DNA of 64,000 bases from Mytilus californianus (lineage: Eukaryota). Both the position numbers and the translations under genes were made by a program. Below are positions 26,201 to 38,355 of this stretch, in pieces (positions within the stretch are counted from its first letter, which is position 1; each line of letters begins with the position of its first letter). Where the stretch lies: positions 85,064,001 to 85,128,000 of the forward strand of contig NW_026262745.1 of NCBI RefSeq assembly GCF_021869535.1, read 5' to 3'. Under the pieces are notes generated by a model, which saw only the letters and a program-made list of their open reading frames with translations, had not been told where the DNA came from and made no database searches.

Positions 26201-26890
26201 ATGAATGTTGAAGATAAAACACTTTTACAATTTTCTTCTAATAATATTTCATTTTCTTTAGCAGAGCTTATTTCTAATTTGAAAGTTCTTATACATTTGA
26301 ATATTAATGTGAACAATGCACAATCTGGAACCAAAGATGCATGTATTATTTTTTGTATTAAATCAAAAGAAGAAAGGGAGCAAATTATGGAAAAACAAAG
26401 AGAACTCATTTGTATAAAGCTCAATGAAATAAAAATTAAACAGAACCATTCAGTCTGTGACCCAGTACAGAAAAAACCAAGAAAATCAAACAGTAATAAA
26501 GCTAATTATCAGAGTCAAAATCATGATAATGTAGAAGAAACTGATTTTGTTGTTAGCAAACCTTCAGAAACATATACTCCAAAGTCCATAGTTTTGAAAG
26601 CTGGACAGTATGTAGCTGTAGCATATATTGATACCTGGCATCCAGGTCAAATTTTATCTGTTAAAAATGATTTACTGGTTCAGGTAAAAATTTTGTGTCC
26701 ATCCCAAAATATGGGCAATTTGTTTAAATGGCCACAAAAAGATGACATTAGTGTTGTGGAAAATATTTTTATTTTCTGTTCAGATTTCGAAGTTAACGCA
26801 AAAGATTCAGGTGGAAGAACTTGGGTTTTAACAAATTATGATACTATTTGTTCTGAATATAAGAAATATTACAATACCTATTTTGTCTAG
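23212..26890 (+). pseudogene. Unclassified DDE/RNase H-fold transposase (about 1257 aa reconstructed) with coiled coil and C-terminal Tudor/SH3-like domain; one frameshift, one in-frame TAG
   Basis: HTDGT (D at 24605), MTDRH (D at 24827), CNLH (24953), TNIISERDF (E at 25769). 1-nt frameshift near 23459-23471; in-frame TAG at 24770-24772 (ETD*DIAVK). C-terminal YVAVAY..WHPGQI..V..KWPQKDD. Confidence 0.75.
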
Positions 26891-27699
26891 GGTTTATGAA
26901 ATCATGTGTTTACATGCTATGTCATAAATTTATGTAAACAGATATCATAAATTTCTGTGTAGTAGTCATATATATTTCTTTCTATTGCTGCTAATATTAC
27001 TATGATTTAATATAAACTTTATCTTAATAAATAAGTATAGCATATTAATAACTTTTTTTTTTTTTCTTGTGATGTTTTAGTCTGGATCCCATAGATGTAA
27101 GCTTGACCAGCAATTGCATTGCAAATTTGGAAAAATGTCATGGAATGGTAACCTATCAATAGAACCTTGAGGAATCTCGGACTCAGTAGTGGTACAACTT
27201 CAAATGATTCAGTGATGCACTGATGGTACAACTTCAACAGAATTATCCAATTGATATGTTATTGATGAAGAAAATGATGATGCAGGCATATAACAGTGCT
27301 AGTAGTGAATTTATTAGAGCTGTTTAAAAAATAAAATACATTATATGCTGGAATTTTTTTTCATGAAATCATCAAATATCACATGTATCAGGCATAATTT
27401 GTTTCAGTCGATGAATCAATAACATAATGACATTTTATTATTTGGCTCCAGTAACATCCAGTGGCAAATATTTCAAGCATATTCAGGATGAAATATACAA
27501 CATGTAAATGCATAATTTGATATGCCATGTGCATGTTTTTTTACAAATGAACTCAGTCTCAGGATGGGTAGTCAATTCCTGTTGCCGGTTTGATAACTTG
27601 TGTTAAGATATTTAGTTGAATACCAATATTACAAAACTCAGCTGAAAAATGAGAGAATAATGAAGATAAAACATAGATCGTGATGTAAAAACTTGGGAT

Positions 27700-28200
27700 T
27701 ACCTTCAAATGGGAGCCATTTTGGATCATTCAAAACCTGATACCTTGTATTAAAACAAACAATTTGATACCAACATTGCAAAAATCAGTTGAGAAATGAC
27801 TGAGTATTGATGAAAAATGTTTAATCGAAACAGAAAAACTCCGAAATGGGAGCCATTTTGAATCAAAATTTCTGCCATTTTGAGTTGTATTGTCACAATT
27901 CATTCCAAAATTGGTACCTTGTGTTAAGACAAACAATTTGATACCAGCATTGCAAAAATCAGTCAAAAAAATGACAGAGTAATATGACAAAAAGCATTTA
28001 ATCGGGATAGAAAATCTAAAAAACGGGAGCCATTTGGAATCAAAATGGCTACCAATTTGAGCTGGATTGTCCCAATACAATAAAAAATTGGTACCTTGTA
28101 TCGAGACAAACAATTTGATACCAGCATTACAAAAATCGGTCAAGAAATATGAGAGTAGGACTAAAAAATGTATAAATTTCATTCAAAAGTTATGAAATTG
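27700..28200. repeat. About 177-bp tandem repeat, 3 copies
   Basis: ACAAACAATTTGATACC recurs at ~27755, 27929 and 28106; GGGAGCCATTT recurs with similar period. Confidence 0.85.
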
Positions 28201-30769
28201 GCGGCCATTTTGATTAAAAATGGCCGCCATACTCGCTCTTTTAAGCACAAAGAAATAACCATCACATGCATTGATAACTGTTTTAATCTCATGAAAAATT
28301 TCATGAACACATCTTTAGTAGTTTATGAGATATTTCCATTTTAGTGCTACCATTGGACACTACAATACTTATTGTTGTAATATTGACCTCGGTGCCATTC
28401 ATCATTTTAATGTCAAAGAGGCTGGGAGTGCAAACTGAGCCTTATTTTTTTTTATGTCCTTCAACCTACTTGTCCAATTTTTCATAATTGTACCATTTGT
28501 GATGAGTTGCAGGGTGAAATCAATCTATAATGTTATATGCATACCATCATTTTTGATAATTGATAGAGCTATATGGTTATCGTGTCCCATTATGCAAGGC
28601 AGAAAACAGCACTTTATGGAAATTTGTATGGCTGTTAAATTTTTTGAGAGCATATCATGGACAACTCTGAACTGTAATATAATAGAATGTGGTATACACT
28701 GTCAGAAAACAAGCAGTATGTGGTTGATATATGTCAATGTGGATCAATATTAACCTTCCAAAAGGGACTTCAATGTCTATAAAATGGCGGCCATCTTGGA
28801 TAAAAAAGGGGGGATGAATTGGAAACTCTGAACACTCGTAACTTTTGAACCAGATATCCGATTAAGACAAGTAATAGCTCAAAATGTTTGTCTTAATGAG
28901 CTTTATCCAATAACATACATAAATGACAATATATTCCCTGTAAATAAATAGGCCTGGCCTCTCTAGCGTAAGGATACTTCCATGCTAGTTCTTTCTTTCT
29001 AAGCAATAACATGCCCTCTGTCCTATTGTATGGTGTAAACATATTTTGATTAATACGTTACGGGCTAGCATTTTCACACTATATGGTTATCATCACAAAT
29101 TGGATTTTGTATCTTTTTTTTACGATTGTGACGGTTTGACTGATTGTGGATTCGCATGGCAGATGATACATGCATGAGACGCTTACCATGTCGACTCCTC
29201 CGGTCCCGCTCCTTTAATGGGTTAGTTCGACTCAATATTTCAAATTCAAAGCCAATTTTGCCATCTTCAACTTGCAATATGAATTTGATGTTAATTTTCT
29301 CTCCGTGAAAGAAATGTGACAAATTTCACTTATGCAAAATATGGCCTTGAATTTCAACCACGACCGACGTCAAGTGATGATAATAGCTCACCTGACCCTT
29401 CGGATTAGGTGAGGTTAAAATTAAATATTCAAATCAACGAATAAAAGTTTTTAAATTGTATATCTATATGTATTTCAGTTTCCGTATTTACAATTGTGTT
29501 TATACAGTTGTTTGTTTTAAGTTGACCGATTATCGTGTTTAATATATTTATTGTAATGAAAATTCAACGAAAGAATGACATCGTTCTAAAAAAAATATAA
29601 TCCTGTAGTGGCACATTACGTAGCGGTAGTGTTGTTAATTTGAAAACAAAATGCTGATAGACTAAAGAAACCTATGAACACATAGAATTTGCCCTTTCAT
29701 GGAATTGTTTTAAAGCTGCCTTAGATCAAATTGCTGAAGACGCAGTATTGTACTGATATTTCGTTAAAGTTTGAGATAAATATAAATACTAATTGTAGGA
29801 CCGCTCAAAAGAACTAGATCAGAAGTTTTTGCTGGTGAGAAAATTAAAGTTAGTATGTCATAGTCATCCCGGCTCTTATTTAAGGGATTTAGAATTAGTG
29901 AAGGTACATGGTTCATTTGATCGTCTAATAACAAAAATGACCTCGATACACAGAACAGACTATTCAAACACAAGCTAATACTCAGGGGACACAAGAAAAA
30001 TTAAATTAATGCACTAGTAAATAAATCACTTCGAAAAAATAGGCAAAATACATTATGTTACAAAACAAAAAATAAACAGAAAAGTCCACCACGAGTCATA
30101 ACTTTTGTTAATGTAATCACTTATTTAAGTAGTTGGGAAGACGAATAAGAAAACACTGGCATTTGATTGAAGATCATGCAACCGCTAAACATCTTTTCCC
30201 CAGACCGCCTATAATTGCTTATCGTAAACACAAGAATGTGAAGGAGTACTTGACCTCGGCAAAATTATAAAGTAATAGATAAGGAATGGACATTAAACTA
30301 TAAGTGTATTACAGATTCACCAGGTGTAGTGCCCCAAAAATGTAACTGCATTTGATACGTTTCACGAAAAAAATATATTGATTAAAATTAAAAAGTATTC
30401 ATCATCGAATATTATAGTGAAAAAATACCTGATGAGCATGTACGGCCATGGTCGAATATGACCTAAATGATACCCGAAACACCAGATGTAACCTCATCAA
30501 ATCAAAGAAATATTTAGTAAATTATTTGATTACCACAGTCCATTCCTTTCAAATATATAGATGTGTAAAATTTAATAATTTATCACAGAACAATGTGCCG
30601 AAGAAAGGTCAAATCAGGTCTCATTAATTTAAGAAAGTGAAGTGAATATATATACTTCAGGCGAAACATCTTATAGACAATGATAATAGTAAGTTTTGCT
30701 GGAATTGGTTCTTGGACACGAATAGTTATAAAATATAAAATATGCAAATAATCTATTTATAAATTGACA

Positions 30770-32560
30770 GATGCATGCAGTCATGCAATGAACGCTTAGA
30801 AGTGTCAGGAACGTATTACCTGGATGCATCCATCTTTTTTCATTCTAACAGATTTTTGACGGAAGTGTGGTGTTAAAAATCACTTGTTGTTTTGAGAAAT
30901 GATGAGTATTCCAATTGTCTGTTCGTTATATAGAATACCATTTCAAAGATCAGCAATTATCCATTTTAACATATCAAGTTCCCCCTCTTCTTAAAATGAA
31001 GAACACGTGGCATAGATTTTCGTTGTTCTCCGTTGAGTATCGACTTTGTAGCTACACTACAATGTATATTTAATTTGTTCACGTATTAGAACGTCAGTTA
31101 AAGTCACAGTCCACAACCCAGACAAGTTGAGAGAAGTATCAACACGCATTTTAAATTTCCTCGGTTCATTGTCCGGGTAATAATCCTTAAACTTCGAATT
31201 GTCAATTCCTACGTTAAATAAAATCTTGCAGACATGTTTGTAGTTTGATACTCCTACATTTGTAACGTCCGAATCGTTGACCAGTTGTTGAGTGATCAAC
31301 GAGGAGTCGCACTAACTACTACCAACTACTGCAGTACGTCTATGTATCTATGCATCTTATTCCGATTGAACTATCTATATATCATAGTCTTCAAAGTCGG
31401 GGTGAGTCTATCCACATAATAGGCTTTGACCTCATTTTAGGTCACGAGTTGATAAATATGTATGTTCTTTGATAAAAAAAATTCACCCAGCTATTGTTAA
31501 ACTCAGATCCTCCATTAGTACGAATTTTCAGTGGTTTGACTTTGTCATGTATTTTCAACAAATTTCTTTTCAACTTCTTTGGCAGTCTTATTTTTCAGTG
31601 ATTCGACCCAAACATATCGAGAAAACACATCGATGGCCTACAACAAGTACTTCACACTCTCGTTGTCTTTTGGAAAAGATTGCGTGTCTATATATATAGC
31701 TAATAAGTCGACGTCCAATTGTGCATCTGGACCTTAAACAATCACTTGAGCTCTTTTGAAATTCCGACTTACCAGCTTTTATAAACTGTAATCGTCTGGA
31801 TACTGCATCCATTTTATAATTTTGTAGATACCAGGCCTGTCGTATTACAGATTACGTATGATTTTGTGGATCTTTTCGGGTCCACGATATGCTCTAGGCT
31901 TTGAAGGATTGATAAATACATTTCGTATAATTTCCTCTATGGTCATGATGCATTTACATGTCAAGTATAGATAAAATTTTGACGGCAACTCTTATTTGTT
32001 TATATCATTCATATCGAACATTTATCCTCGTCATTTTTCTAACTACCATGCTGATTTAAAAGTGTTTATGAAGTCTTTACCTATGATTTTGAAACGTCCG
32101 ATTGTAGTGGATATTTTATAAACTGACCACGAATGTTCTTCAGTTCAACACATTTATTAGCTTCGTCGAAGGAGAATGTGAAAATGTTCTGATCCGGTAA
32201 TTCCGTAAACATTCTTTTTATATGCATTCTAACTCTAACCTGGATTCGTCATTCCTCGTCCAAAAAGTGTAGAATTGATCGAATAAGCAGTGGAAACATA
32301 TCAGGGAACGCTGAAGATTATCATGAGCGCTATTATTTCCCTCCTCCTCATATCAAGTTGAGAATGTGATAGGTATCGAATCCATTGCAAATCTGGCTCG
32401 ATTTTTGATCTTAACCGAGTTGCTGATTTGTACTGTTCTCCGAAATTTTTTCGAGCTATTAAGGACAAAGCTAAAACTTAATAGTTTATGATGAATGGAA
32501 TCATGATCCCCCTGTGAATTGCAGTTGCAAGATAAATATTTGTCCAAAAAAAAAAGAATT
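30770..32560 (-). mobile_element. Decayed Polinton/Maverick fragment: accessory ORF, retroviral-like integrase, minor-capsid (penton/PX)-like gene start, small ORF
   Basis: Integrase from ATG 31946: NPSKPRAYRGPEK...GPDAQLDVDL...KYLL*AIDVFSRYVWVESLKNKT...RT(N)GGSEF...KAYYVDR..TLK...RYIDVLQ. From 31235: SKFKDYYPDNEPRKFKMRVDTSLNLSGLWTVTLTDV. Upstream FPLLIRSIL...FSFDEANKCVELK.IRGQL. Confidence 0.75.
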
Positions 32561-34801
32561 TTGAATATACGTTAGAAATTTTTGTATAGATTTAAAATTA
32601 CATAGTTTTTAAATTTAAAAATTAATTTGTTTTAACATATTGCTGAAAATACAACAGATGTTATTTGCCTTCCGTTATGAATAACATTTATGTATTTAAA
32701 TGTTGGTTAACAAAATCTTAAGTATCATAGATTTTGTATTTTTTTATCGTATTAAAATTTAATTCGTTTTTGATTTTAAGAAATTTGAGTTTGCTGGCGT
32801 ACTATAATATATTGTTATCAGATGGAGATTTTCATTTCATTTGTTTGTGACACAAATAATTTAATATCCTTATCCATCGTTACATTACAATAGGGGTTTC
32901 ATCTGTCATTTAATTTCTTTACCTATGACTGATTTCACATAAAGGTCTGAGGCTCGGTATATCTCACATAACTCAGAGCAATAGGAGAACAATAGATTGA
33001 TGACGTACTTCCTGCCGCAAAGTTATACAAATTCCTGACGCAAGTTTAAGGGATTTTAACCTATGATTTGCTCCGCTTAATGTTGCTATTTCAGTGAAAA
33101 TGGAAGACAAATGACGTTTAAGCGATATCCCGATATTGTCAAAATTATTATGAATTCATGTTTTAATGGCTTAAAATATTTCATCCAATAAAGTTGAGGT
33201 TGCGCATGGGTAAAATAGCAATGCAATTCACATAGAGCTACGTTTACGCCCAAAACTGTGCCACTGTCATTATTGCTTATCAATATATAGGGTTGTAGGG
33301 CCTTTGTTGACATTTTTCTGTCTGCAATTCCTTACAATTCAAGCTTATACTTAAAATTCACATGAGTCTTCCTTGTGTTTTTTTTTACGTTATAAACCAG
33401 TTTGTACAGTGATGAAATACATTTGTAATTTTTGAGATCGAACAAAGGGATTATCTAAATACGGAATCAACACAATTATTGAATATATATTTAGAATCAT
33501 TAATAACTCTCAAACTATTAAAACATAATAAAAGAAATCAATTACGTTTGTGTACTTACATCGGACTGCAGTTCAACGTAGGAGCCATTTAAAGGTTTTA
33601 CCCAAACCTAAAAATAGTAACAAAATCATATGCATGTTTGTGTTTGAGGAAACACATACTAAACATTGACTAGTGATATAATGAAAATGTTCCGAAAAAA
33701 ACAAATAATACATAAAAAAGTAGAAGGAATTATCTGAAACAGAATCACACAGTAGATAAACATGTTTGATTATCGAAATTTGGAAAAAAAATCCTTACTT
33801 AATACATATACATGTAAGATGTTGAGAAAAATGAGGTTACGGAAACATTATATTTTAATGTCAAGACGAATCACTATACATGTGCATTTAAAAAGTCATT
33901 GATATTTTAATCTTATAACCGTCAATTATCTTTTTTTTTCTTTTGAGGTATGGAATTATCTTTTATCTCTTATTATAACCTTAAAAGCACTTTGTCTTGT
34001 TTGTGATTTAGATATTAGGTACGAAGTAGTATTATATTATGCAAGAAAAGAAAATGGAAACAAGTCAGAAATAAAATAAAAAACTCTTAAATAAGACAGC
34101 AAATATTTATACACAAATTGCAAGACTATTTTATTTTTGTTTAATCGATATGCATTGTTATTTTTAAAACAAGCATCACTCAAAACTGTTTCTCAACATG
34201 GTGACATGAGGTTGATCATCATCTGCTAGCTTTTCCGTGGTTTACTCAATGTATATATATATGCTTTCTTATCTTTTTTGTTTTGTTTTGTTTAATGTTC
34301 ATTACTTTTAGTAAATATTCCAAAGTAGTTTAACTTATTTTCACTTCTTTAATGTGTTCTTGCTTTTTTCATAGGATTTTACAATACTAGTAGTTAACAT
34401 ATGCCACCCATTTGATCTTATATTCATTCCACAACATGCACAAGGCAGGACAGATAAAAAACTTAAATATCGTATGTATCTGCTCATCTCGTGTACAATT
34501 TATGCACCATATTTTCCTTAAATCATACAAATTGTGATATGCAGCAGACAAGACTCACCTTTTTTCTGTTAGTGGTTTGTATGCACAATCACTCAGCTAT
34601 CCAGAAGTTTCAATTTTCACTTCTCGATAGCTTACATTTCGACAGCCGTGATAACTGATGATGGAGGATTTGTTAGAGGCGCCCAAGGTGGTGCATGAAA
34701 TCATAAAGTCATATAAGTTCGAAATGCATGTTTCCCTGATTTTTAATGGCGGCAAAATTTAGACAAAAAATGGAACCTTTCAAACTTATCGTCGCTATCC
34801 T

Positions 34802-35013
34802 AGGGACCTCGGTGGTCGATTAGTCTAAGTACTTGAACTACTGTATCGCAAGTCTGTCAACACTGGGATTGTGAGTTCGAGTCCTGCTTATGCCAGGTGC
34901 ATTCAAATCTTAATTAACTTTGGCGGTCGTTGGTTCTCTCCGGTACTCCGAAATCCGTCCGCCACAATAGTGCTGAAAGTGGCGTTAAACACCAAATAAT
35001 CAAACAATCGGTC
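34802..35013 (+). mobile_element. tRNA-derived SINE with intact 14-bp target-site duplication
   Basis: ATCGTCGCTATCCT at 34788-34801 and 35014-35027. A-box-like TGGTCGATTAG, B-box GTTCGAGTCC, 3' GAAAGTGGCGTTAAACACC and ATCAA tail. Same family as the 20085-21345 SINE. Confidence 0.85.
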
Positions 35014-35837
35014 ATCGTCGCTATCCTCACTGACAGCAATAGAAGAATAATGTTCACAAATATATGACGAAGTGTCAAATCTGACTCTCATGCATGTCTT
35101 GGATACAATGCATGCCGATGCACACTTTATGGCAGACTTTTCAACAAAAGTCTGAATGACTTCAAATGTTTGACATCCCGATTGTATTTTTTTTTAATGT
35201 CATATCTGATTTTGGTTGCAAAACCGCCCGCTTGTTAAAACTCCGAAGAAAGGAACAATGTGCGACGACTTTAGCTGGTGAAACAGAAGCTGCTATTTTT
35301 TCTTGATAGGTTTGTATTGTTAAATCTGTAATTTACTATGTAAATGAAAAAAAATCTGTTTAAAATACAGATCATGTGTCTAAGCTAAGCTTACATGGAT
35401 CTGAATACGATCCGTTCTACTTTCTGCTTTTTATACCTTTTGGGATCCTCTGATTTTGTTAAAATGTTGCACACCTTCAGAAATTTGAAGTGGAGATTTC
35501 ATTGGGTAATGTAAACATCCCCAGAACAAAGAGTAAAATGGAGTGTTGTCAGATCTTTGTGAGCATAGCTTCGACATAGGATCTGTATTTTATTCAGATT
35601 TTAATTGAAAATAGCTAGTTATAGATTTCTTTCGTCCGTATCGTTTTTTTTTTTCGAATAAACATCAGCAGGAACACTCAAACCAAAATTTTTGAAAGCA
35701 GGGCTATATAAATATGTAGAAATATTGGGAGCTAAATGACCAAAAAGATGCATCAAGACATAGCAACATGTATTCAATATTTCTTTTATACTGGTTTATA
35801 CTGCATTTTAGTCTTTTCCACTCTGCTGTTATTTTGT

Positions 35838-36440
35838 ATTTTTCCCTCGGCTATGATTTTGTGTTTTCCCCTCAGCTATTCTTTTGTCCATTTTTTCCTC
35901 GGCTATGATTTTGTCTTTTTTCATCATATATGATTTTTTTCTTTTTCCCTCGGCTATGATTTTGTCTTTTCCCCTGGGCATTGATTTTGTCTTTTCCCCT
36001 CGGCATTGATTTTGTTTTTCCCCTGGGCTATGATTTTGTCATTCGCCTCGGATATGATTTTGTCTTGTTCCCTCGGCTTTGATTTTGTCTTTTCCCCTGG
36101 GCTAGGATTTTGTCTTTTCCCCTCGTCTTGGGTTTTGTCTTTTCCCCTCGGCTGGGATTTTGTGTTTTCCCTCGGCTGGGATTTTGTCTTTTTCCCGTGG
36201 TTATGATTTTTTTTTCCATCGGCAATGAGTATGTCTTTTCCCTCGGCTACGATTTTGTCTTTTTCCTTCGTCTAAGATTATGACTTTTATCCTCGGCTAG
36301 GAATTTGTCTTTTCACCTCGATTACTTTCCGTCGGCTAGGATTTTGTCTTTTTCCCTCGTCTAGGGTTTTGTCTTTTCCCCTTGGCTAGGATTTTATGTT
36401 TTTCCCTCGGCTATGAGTTTCTTTTTTCCCCTCGGCTATG
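35838..36440. repeat. About 24-bp minisatellite (TTTTCCCTCGGCTATGATTTTGTC)n, roughly 25 degenerate units
   Basis: Head-to-tail units visible directly, with no unique spacers. Confidence 0.9.
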
Positions 36441-36792
36441 ATTAGATTAGTGCTTTCTATACAAATGTTCACCTAGAATTCAGGCAGAAATACATGTATT
36501 TCAGAAAATAAAAAAGTAAAATGCATTATTTTTCGATTTTCTGTTAAATAACAAGGCAAAAGTTGAATGCAAAATGTTTTCCAAAATTGTTGACATAGCC
36601 CATTTACTATAACTTGACCTTAAATATTACATGTCATGAATGTCATTTTGGTATTATCACATTAATTTAATGGATATTTTGGCATAAATCATTCAGAGGA
36701 AAACAATAATCTAATTAAAATTATACAATGCATGTTGCTTTTAAACTTATCTCACATTGCATATTAAAAAATCATATTCAAATGGCAAACTA

Positions 36793-37347
36793 TGGTGGCC
36801 GGTTTCGCGATTTCGCCTTTTGCATTACATATTCTATAGGACGAAATCGCGATAACGCGAAAACGCAAAATGATTTCACTTCCATTTTCGAGCTTCCGCG
36901 ATTTCGCATGTTTTTGCGTTTGTCGATTACTGTCCCCTTCTGTCAGTCATTTTGTTTCTTTTATCTGATTGGATAATGATTAAAAATTTGAAGATAACCT
37001 AACTGGATACTAACATTTTCTTGACAGCCTTATTGAAAATTAGTTTAATCTACATGAGGAACTCTCTTTAAATAAAGATATTATTATTACTATTATTATA
37101 TAGATTAAACGCAAAACGCAAAAAACCCAAAAAATGCGAAAACGCTAAGTCGCGAAAACACGAAAACGCAAGAGCGAAAACGCAAAAACACCAAAACGCG
37201 AAAGCTAAAACGCGAAGTTCAAAATGCGAAAACAAGAAGTTGAATCATTTCGCGATTTCGACTTCGCATTTTCATATTTTCGACTTCGTGTTTTCGCCTT
37301 ATAGAATATGAAAAGCGAAAAGGCGATATGGCATTAACCGGCCACCA
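36793..37347. mobile_element. MITE with TA target duplication (Tc1/mariner-like)
   Basis: Termini TGGTGGCCGGTT / AACCGGCCACCA, TA on both sides, mirror-oriented subterminal (TTTTCGC)/(GCGAAAA) repeats. Confidence 0.8.
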
Positions 37348-37889
37348 TACAAAACATACTTTCATTTGGCAGCAACGTAGTTAAGTTCACAATGTTTGAA
37401 TCATTCAATTCGACAGATCCGTCCAGTTCATGAAAGCCCAACTATCTCTTTGCTAATGAATGCATTGTTCTTTATTATTAATGATGTTCTATTGAAGAAG
37501 TAACAGTAATTTTTAAGATAAAATGCCCCGACAGTAATTATACATAGAAAGATAATTAATGTAAGTAATTAGTTTTCCTTGAAGACGAAGAACACCAACA
37601 ACAGCTTTGCTTCTTTGGTAAATTTGTACTTATCTTATCTCTTTGTAAAATATTGTCTCGCTTACCTTTGCAGCAATGTTTTTTTTTTTTTTTTTTCTAA
37701 GAAAAACGGTATAAATCTACGGCAGTAAAGTTCGATTGTATATCTACTATTTTCGACACTTTTGGCATTTTCCACGTTGCTTCTTCTGATTAATATTGTT
37801 TTACATTGCGGAAATGACATGATACTAGAATATATATGAAAACTTACAATGTAATTACGCTTCTCAATAAAATTTCTACGAAATGTTGT

Positions 37890-38355
37890 ATCCCCTCTTT
37901 TCGTTGACCCAAAACATCGTAATCTCCCGGTCCCTTTTTGCCCCCAGGCTAACTGAGGAATAGAAATATGGTCGCTCTTGGTCTTCTTCTTTCCGGTATT
38001 TAAACCCTTGCCAAAGGTGGGCTTCCGTTTGGCTGTGCGAGATGTATAAATACGCAGCCACGTCTGGTCAGAAAGTGGACTTTAAATTCGATGCATCGTT
38101 TACATTTAGTGCACTTTAAGAACCCTTGCAACAACTCTTTGAGGGGTCCGTAGGTGGCCTGTTGCAAGGCAAACCTTATGTCCTTTTCCAATATACTCTC
38201 ATTTTCCATTGGCAGTCCAAATTTGCGTACCTTCATCATGGATGACCCCTATTTCAGGACTTAACTAATTGTAATTAATGAAAATTTGTTCTCGTCCTGA
38301 ACATGCATGAAATATTTGCCACTGGACGTTAAGAAACCAACAATCAATCAATCAG
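37890..38355 (+). mobile_element. SINE-like repeat (possibly CORE-type) with (CAAT)n tail
   Basis: GCACTTTAAGAACCCTTG core-like motif; ends GAAATATTTGCCACTGGACGTTAAG.AACCAACAATCAATCAATC. Similar tails at ~27450(-) and ~60650. Confidence 0.55.

Noticed and set aside
27730-28182. 150-aa minus-strand ORF with internal repeats
   Set aside because: Chance open frame across the 177-bp tandem array.
21857-28939. CAGGGA...TCCCTG as termini of the unclassified DDE element
   Set aside because: Only 6 bp match and the flanks show no target duplication; the nearby CCGCCATTTT motifs are generic YY1-like sites.
30428-30465. CTGATGA...CGAA as another hammerhead
   Set aside because: Stem II does not pair at its base and GAA is followed by T rather than A; no stem I or III.
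34802-34890. tRNA gene
   Set aside because: A- and B-box-like motifs are present, but I could not form a cloverleaf; it continues into a SINE body and is bounded by a TSD.
35838-36440. 24-bp repeats as a CRISPR array; ORFs 36006-36206 and 36028-36225
   Set aside because: Units are head-to-tail with no unique spacers, there are no cas genes, and the context is eukaryotic; the ORFs are translations of the minisatellite.
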